Shown here piece by piece: positions 61,351-64,000 of a DNA stretch of 64,000 bases. Source of the DNA: a virus. Its lineage: Duplodnaviria; Heunggongvirae; Uroviricota; Caudoviricetes. Both the position numbers and the translations under genes were made by a program. The notes under the pieces are model-generated. The model saw nothing but the letters and a program-made list of their open reading frames with translations, did not search any database and was not told the origin of the DNA. Within the stretch, counting starts at the first letter, position 1. Each line of letters opens with the position of its first letter. The stretch spans positions 40,834 to 104,833 of IMG/VR virus record IMGVR_UViG_3300007609_001205. The stretch is one strand, 5' to 3'.

Positions 61351-61569
61351 GTGTCCGAAAATATCATATACAACCTTTTCCTATTCCATCTTGATACGAT
61401 GGTTAAAAAACATGATTACTCAGACATTTGGTACAATAGTTTAAAAGGTAGTGAGTATAGGTTTGCTTCTTTCAAATACGAACTATACACTGATGAGAAG
61501 TTCAAAAGCAAACTGATAAAAGATTTCCGGGCAAAAAAAATCAATTACGTATTATATGAGGTTGATTGA
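61351..61569 (+). CDS. hypothetical small protein
   Basis: 72-aa ORF. Confidence 0.3.
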   Translation: MSENIIYNLFLFHLDTMVKKHDYSDIWYNSLKGSEYRFASFKYELYTDEKFKSKLIKDFRAKKINYVLYEVD

Positions 61570-61888
61570 TGAACAAGATAATATTAAATACTATGAAGGA
61601 TTTGATGTTGAAAAAATTAAAAATCACCCACCAGATGGTTCGAACGGTATGATGGTAGTATTCTTTGAATCACTTGAAAATGAACAAAAGAAATATAACA
61701 GAAAGCAAAAATTATCAAATTTATTAAATAACACAATATATAATGATTTCAATAAATTGATAGATGGACTATCCAATAACTACCTTATGATAAATGAAAC
61801 AAAAGGATACCATGACATCATCTATCGTTCTGTTAAATCTAAATTGGAAACAACACCAAGTTTATTGCCGTGGAATTTGAAATGGTAA
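61556..61888 (+). CDS. hypothetical protein
   Basis: 110-aa ORF. Confidence 0.35.
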   Translation: MRLIDEQDNIKYYEGFDVEKIKNHPPDGSNGMMVVFFESLENEQKKYNRKQKLSNLLNNTIYNDFNKLIDGLSNNYLMINETKGYHDIIYRSVKSKLETTPSLLPWNLKW

Positions 61889-61922
61889 TTTCAACTAATA
61901 TCATTTCTAATATATAATACAT

Positions 61923-62405
61923 ATGAAACATCTTATGAGATATGAAGGATTTTCGGTAAGTGAAAGAGTTGATGAAATCTTAGATAAGATCACCAAATAT
62001 GGTCTCGACATAATTTCACAAGACGAAATAGATTTCTTAAATGCCCATCAAACACCCGAACAAGAGAAAATACACAAAAGGATGTTACGAAAAGAAAATG
62101 AAGTGGTATTTGAAGATGATCAAAACCATTTCCGATTCGAATTAGAAGATTATAAGGATTATGGGAAAGAAAAACAACTAATCGGAACTTTTTACGTACC
62201 AAATATTAAGGACATTGATAATGGGGAAGTTATAGAAGGTCAATTGAAAGGACAAATAACAATCCACATTGATGGACAGATATCACCCGACTTCACAAAA
62301 GATGAGTATGATATATTTGACTTCTGTGAAGGAATCGAACACGAATTAGACTCGTTCGTTGAATATATTGTGATTGAAGTTATGGAAATGTCCTATAAAA
62401 ACTGA
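61923..62405 (+). CDS. hypothetical acidic protein
   Basis: 160-aa ORF. Confidence 0.4.
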   Translation: MKHLMRYEGFSVSERVDEILDKITKYGLDIISQDEIDFLNAHQTPEQEKIHKRMLRKENEVVFEDDQNHFRFELEDYKDYGKEKQLIGTFYVPNIKDIDNGEVIEGQLKGQITIHIDGQISPDFTKDEYDIFDFCEGIEHELDSFVEYIVIEVMEMSYKN

Positions 62406-62413
62406 TCATTAAA

Positions 62414-63229
62414 ATGGAACGTATCATAGAAAAAACCACTGATAATAACCAAATACACTCAGATGATTTTTACCAAGCAATAAAGCCATTGAAATCATGG
62501 TTATTTAAAGAACTTGGTATGAGAGAGGTTATCGAAAAAATGACAATTCCTCACTGGCAACCGGCAACAGAGAAACAAATTAGGAAATTCAATAGAGGAA
62601 TTCGTCTTATAAAGAAGACATCAATGCCCAAAGACCTCATTGAAAGGAATATTGAACGTTCCAAGACATTTAAAATGATATATGATGAAAAGGGGAAATG
62701 GCATCCTGTCAATAAATTGAAAACAAACTATTCAGATATTGCAGTTATCCTCACACAACTCGTAGAGAGGGCATACAAGGACAAACCAGAAAAAACAATG
62801 GTATGGTATAAGAGAATAATAGATAATCCAAAAGAGGGTCTATTACAGATAAAACCATACCTTGAAGATATGGTTTTGAAATACTTTACATTTGAAGATC
62901 TTTGTAATAATGTATCTGAAATTAAGAAATTCTCAAAGTCAGGTGAACAAGCAGAGGAAACAGTAATCGAATGGTTGGAATATCTTGGGTATACTATTGA
63001 ATACCACGGTGGTGATGGTGACCTTATAGACATGTTATTCGGAACAGACCTTATCATATCAAACTCCGATGGTAAATATTTCACGATTCAAGTGAAGAGA
63101 AGTAAATTGGAATTCCAATCACTTGATTATTTGAATGTTGATTGGTTGATTTTTGTGAAACCTATAATAACTGTATTTGAAAGAGAAACCCGTAAAGAAT
63201 TAAAAGAAGCAGACCTTATGGTGGATTGA
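62414..63229 (+). CDS. protein with C-terminal PD-(D/E)XK nuclease-like motif
   Basis: C-terminus GYTIEYHGGDGDLIDM...YFTIQVKRSK follows a D...D-x-(E/Q)-V-K pattern. Confidence 0.4.
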   Translation: MERIIEKTTDNNQIHSDDFYQAIKPLKSWLFKELGMREVIEKMTIPHWQPATEKQIRKFNRGIRLIKKTSMPKDLIERNIERSKTFKMIYDEKGKWHPVNKLKTNYSDIAVILTQLVERAYKDKPEKTMVWYKRIIDNPKEGLLQIKPYLEDMVLKYFTFEDLCNNVSEIKKFSKSGEQAEETVIEWLEYLGYTIEYHGGDGDLIDMLFGTDLIISNSDGKYFTIQVKRSKLEFQSLDYLNVDWLIFVKPIITVFERETRKELKEADLMVD

Positions 63230-63254
63230 GGAGTGATAAAATAAATAAAAACCT

Positions 63255-63728
63255 TTGGAAATTGTAAAAAAACTACGTTGGACATATAAACAAGAGAATA
63301 AACCATTCATATCAATCGCATCAAATGATTGGGTTAGATGGGGGTTTCTGTTTAAAATAGCAATATGGCTTAACCCCAATTACAAAAATGTTACAATATT
63401 CAGGAAAAAATACAAATCCCTTAGGAACTTTGTAGTTATTGGACTTAGATGGAATGGCAGGAATGTTAATCGTAGAACAACCGGCTTTGCCAAAAAAGTC
63501 ATACAGAAGCACAAGGATTCCAAGTGCCTTTATTGCGAATGTGTAATAACCGATGAAAATGCTTCTACTGATCACATAATACCCATCTCAAAGGGTGGAA
63601 ACAACTCTCAAGTAAATCTTATGGTCTGCTGTTTTGATTGCAATAACGAAAGAGGTGATATGGACTTTAATAAATTTTTGAGATATAAGAACCCAAAATA
63701 CAAAAAAACGAAAATACCATATGTATGA
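63255..63728 (+). CDS. HNH endonuclease
   Basis: CLYCEC...ASTDHIIPISKGGNN..VNLMVCCFDCNNERG is an HNH motif with a zinc-binding Cys box. Confidence 0.65.
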   Translation: MEIVKKLRWTYKQENKPFISIASNDWVRWGFLFKIAIWLNPNYKNVTIFRKKYKSLRNFVVIGLRWNGRNVNRRTTGFAKKVIQKHKDSKCLYCECVITDENASTDHIIPISKGGNNSQVNLMVCCFDCNNERGDMDFNKFLRYKNPKYKKTKIPYV

Positions 63729-64000
63729 TGAAAGTAGGTGAAATATGGGCATTCAAAGGTGATCTTATTCAAATAAGAGGTATATATAAGGATATTGTTA
63801 TATGTCGTAAATTAATGATAAATCCATCCAACCGTTCCGATATTAAAGAATTCAATGAAACAGATTCAATGTTCAGACAACCGGTTAAAATGGACCGCCT
63901 TATAAAGTATTCCATAAAAATAGCCGACAGTATTGATGATGAACAAAAACTCATCGATTTCAGTACTTGCGAATCGATATCAATAAATGAAGATTCCTAT

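Noticed and set aside
1-64000. Possibility that this is a eukaryotic giant virus (GMD and fucose synthase as in chloroviruses, AT-rich, zinc-ribbon repeats)
   Set aside because: Multiple rho-independent terminator hairpins with T-runs, overlapping stop/start gene pairs, and the T4 core set (gp18/19/25/44/47/55, UvsX, TerL) indicate a bacteriophage.
1-64000. tRNA genes or CRISPR arrays
   Set aside because: Intergenic gaps are under 330 nt. No T-loop-like GGTTCGAAT-type elements or cloverleaf-sized GC-rich islands and no spaced direct repeats were seen. Only protein-coding tandem repeats are present.

Overview
This window reads as part of a large, AT-rich, T4-like contractile-tailed phage genome. 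Several GC-rich stem-loops followed by T-runs look like bacterial intrinsic terminators, which argues against a eukaryotic giant virus. Coding density is about 95%, with genes on both strands.

I recognise a T4-like core:
- late sigma factor gp55-like
- clamp loader gp44-like
- baseplate wedge gp25-like
- Mre11/SbcD gp47-like
- tail tube gp19-like and tail sheath gp18-like
- large terminase gp17-like
- UvsX recombinase
- a probable gp45-like sliding clamp
- a tape-measure protein
- a repeat-rich tail fibre
- a 1929-aa structural giant

Accessory genes are embedded among these:
- a GDP-L-fucose pathway pair (gmd, fcl)
- an NAD+ salvage pair (NadV nicotinamide phosphoribosyltransferase plus a NatV NMNAT–Nudix fusion)
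- a ClpS adaptor homologue
- a flotillin/SPFH-like membrane protein
- a HAD phosphatase
- a WYL-like domain protein
- an HNH endonuclease
- three paralogous DUF559/Vsr-like homing-endonuclease-type genes carrying N-terminal repeat arrays
- two small proteins with metallothionein-like CxC clusters, inside an island of about 5 kb that splits tail sheath from tail tube

I saw no rRNA, tRNA or CRISPR array. A recurring A/T-ATATATA-A/C motif sits just upstream of the structural genes and is a candidate late promoter for the gp55-like sigma. All functional calls are motif-level recognition by eye, with no database search run.
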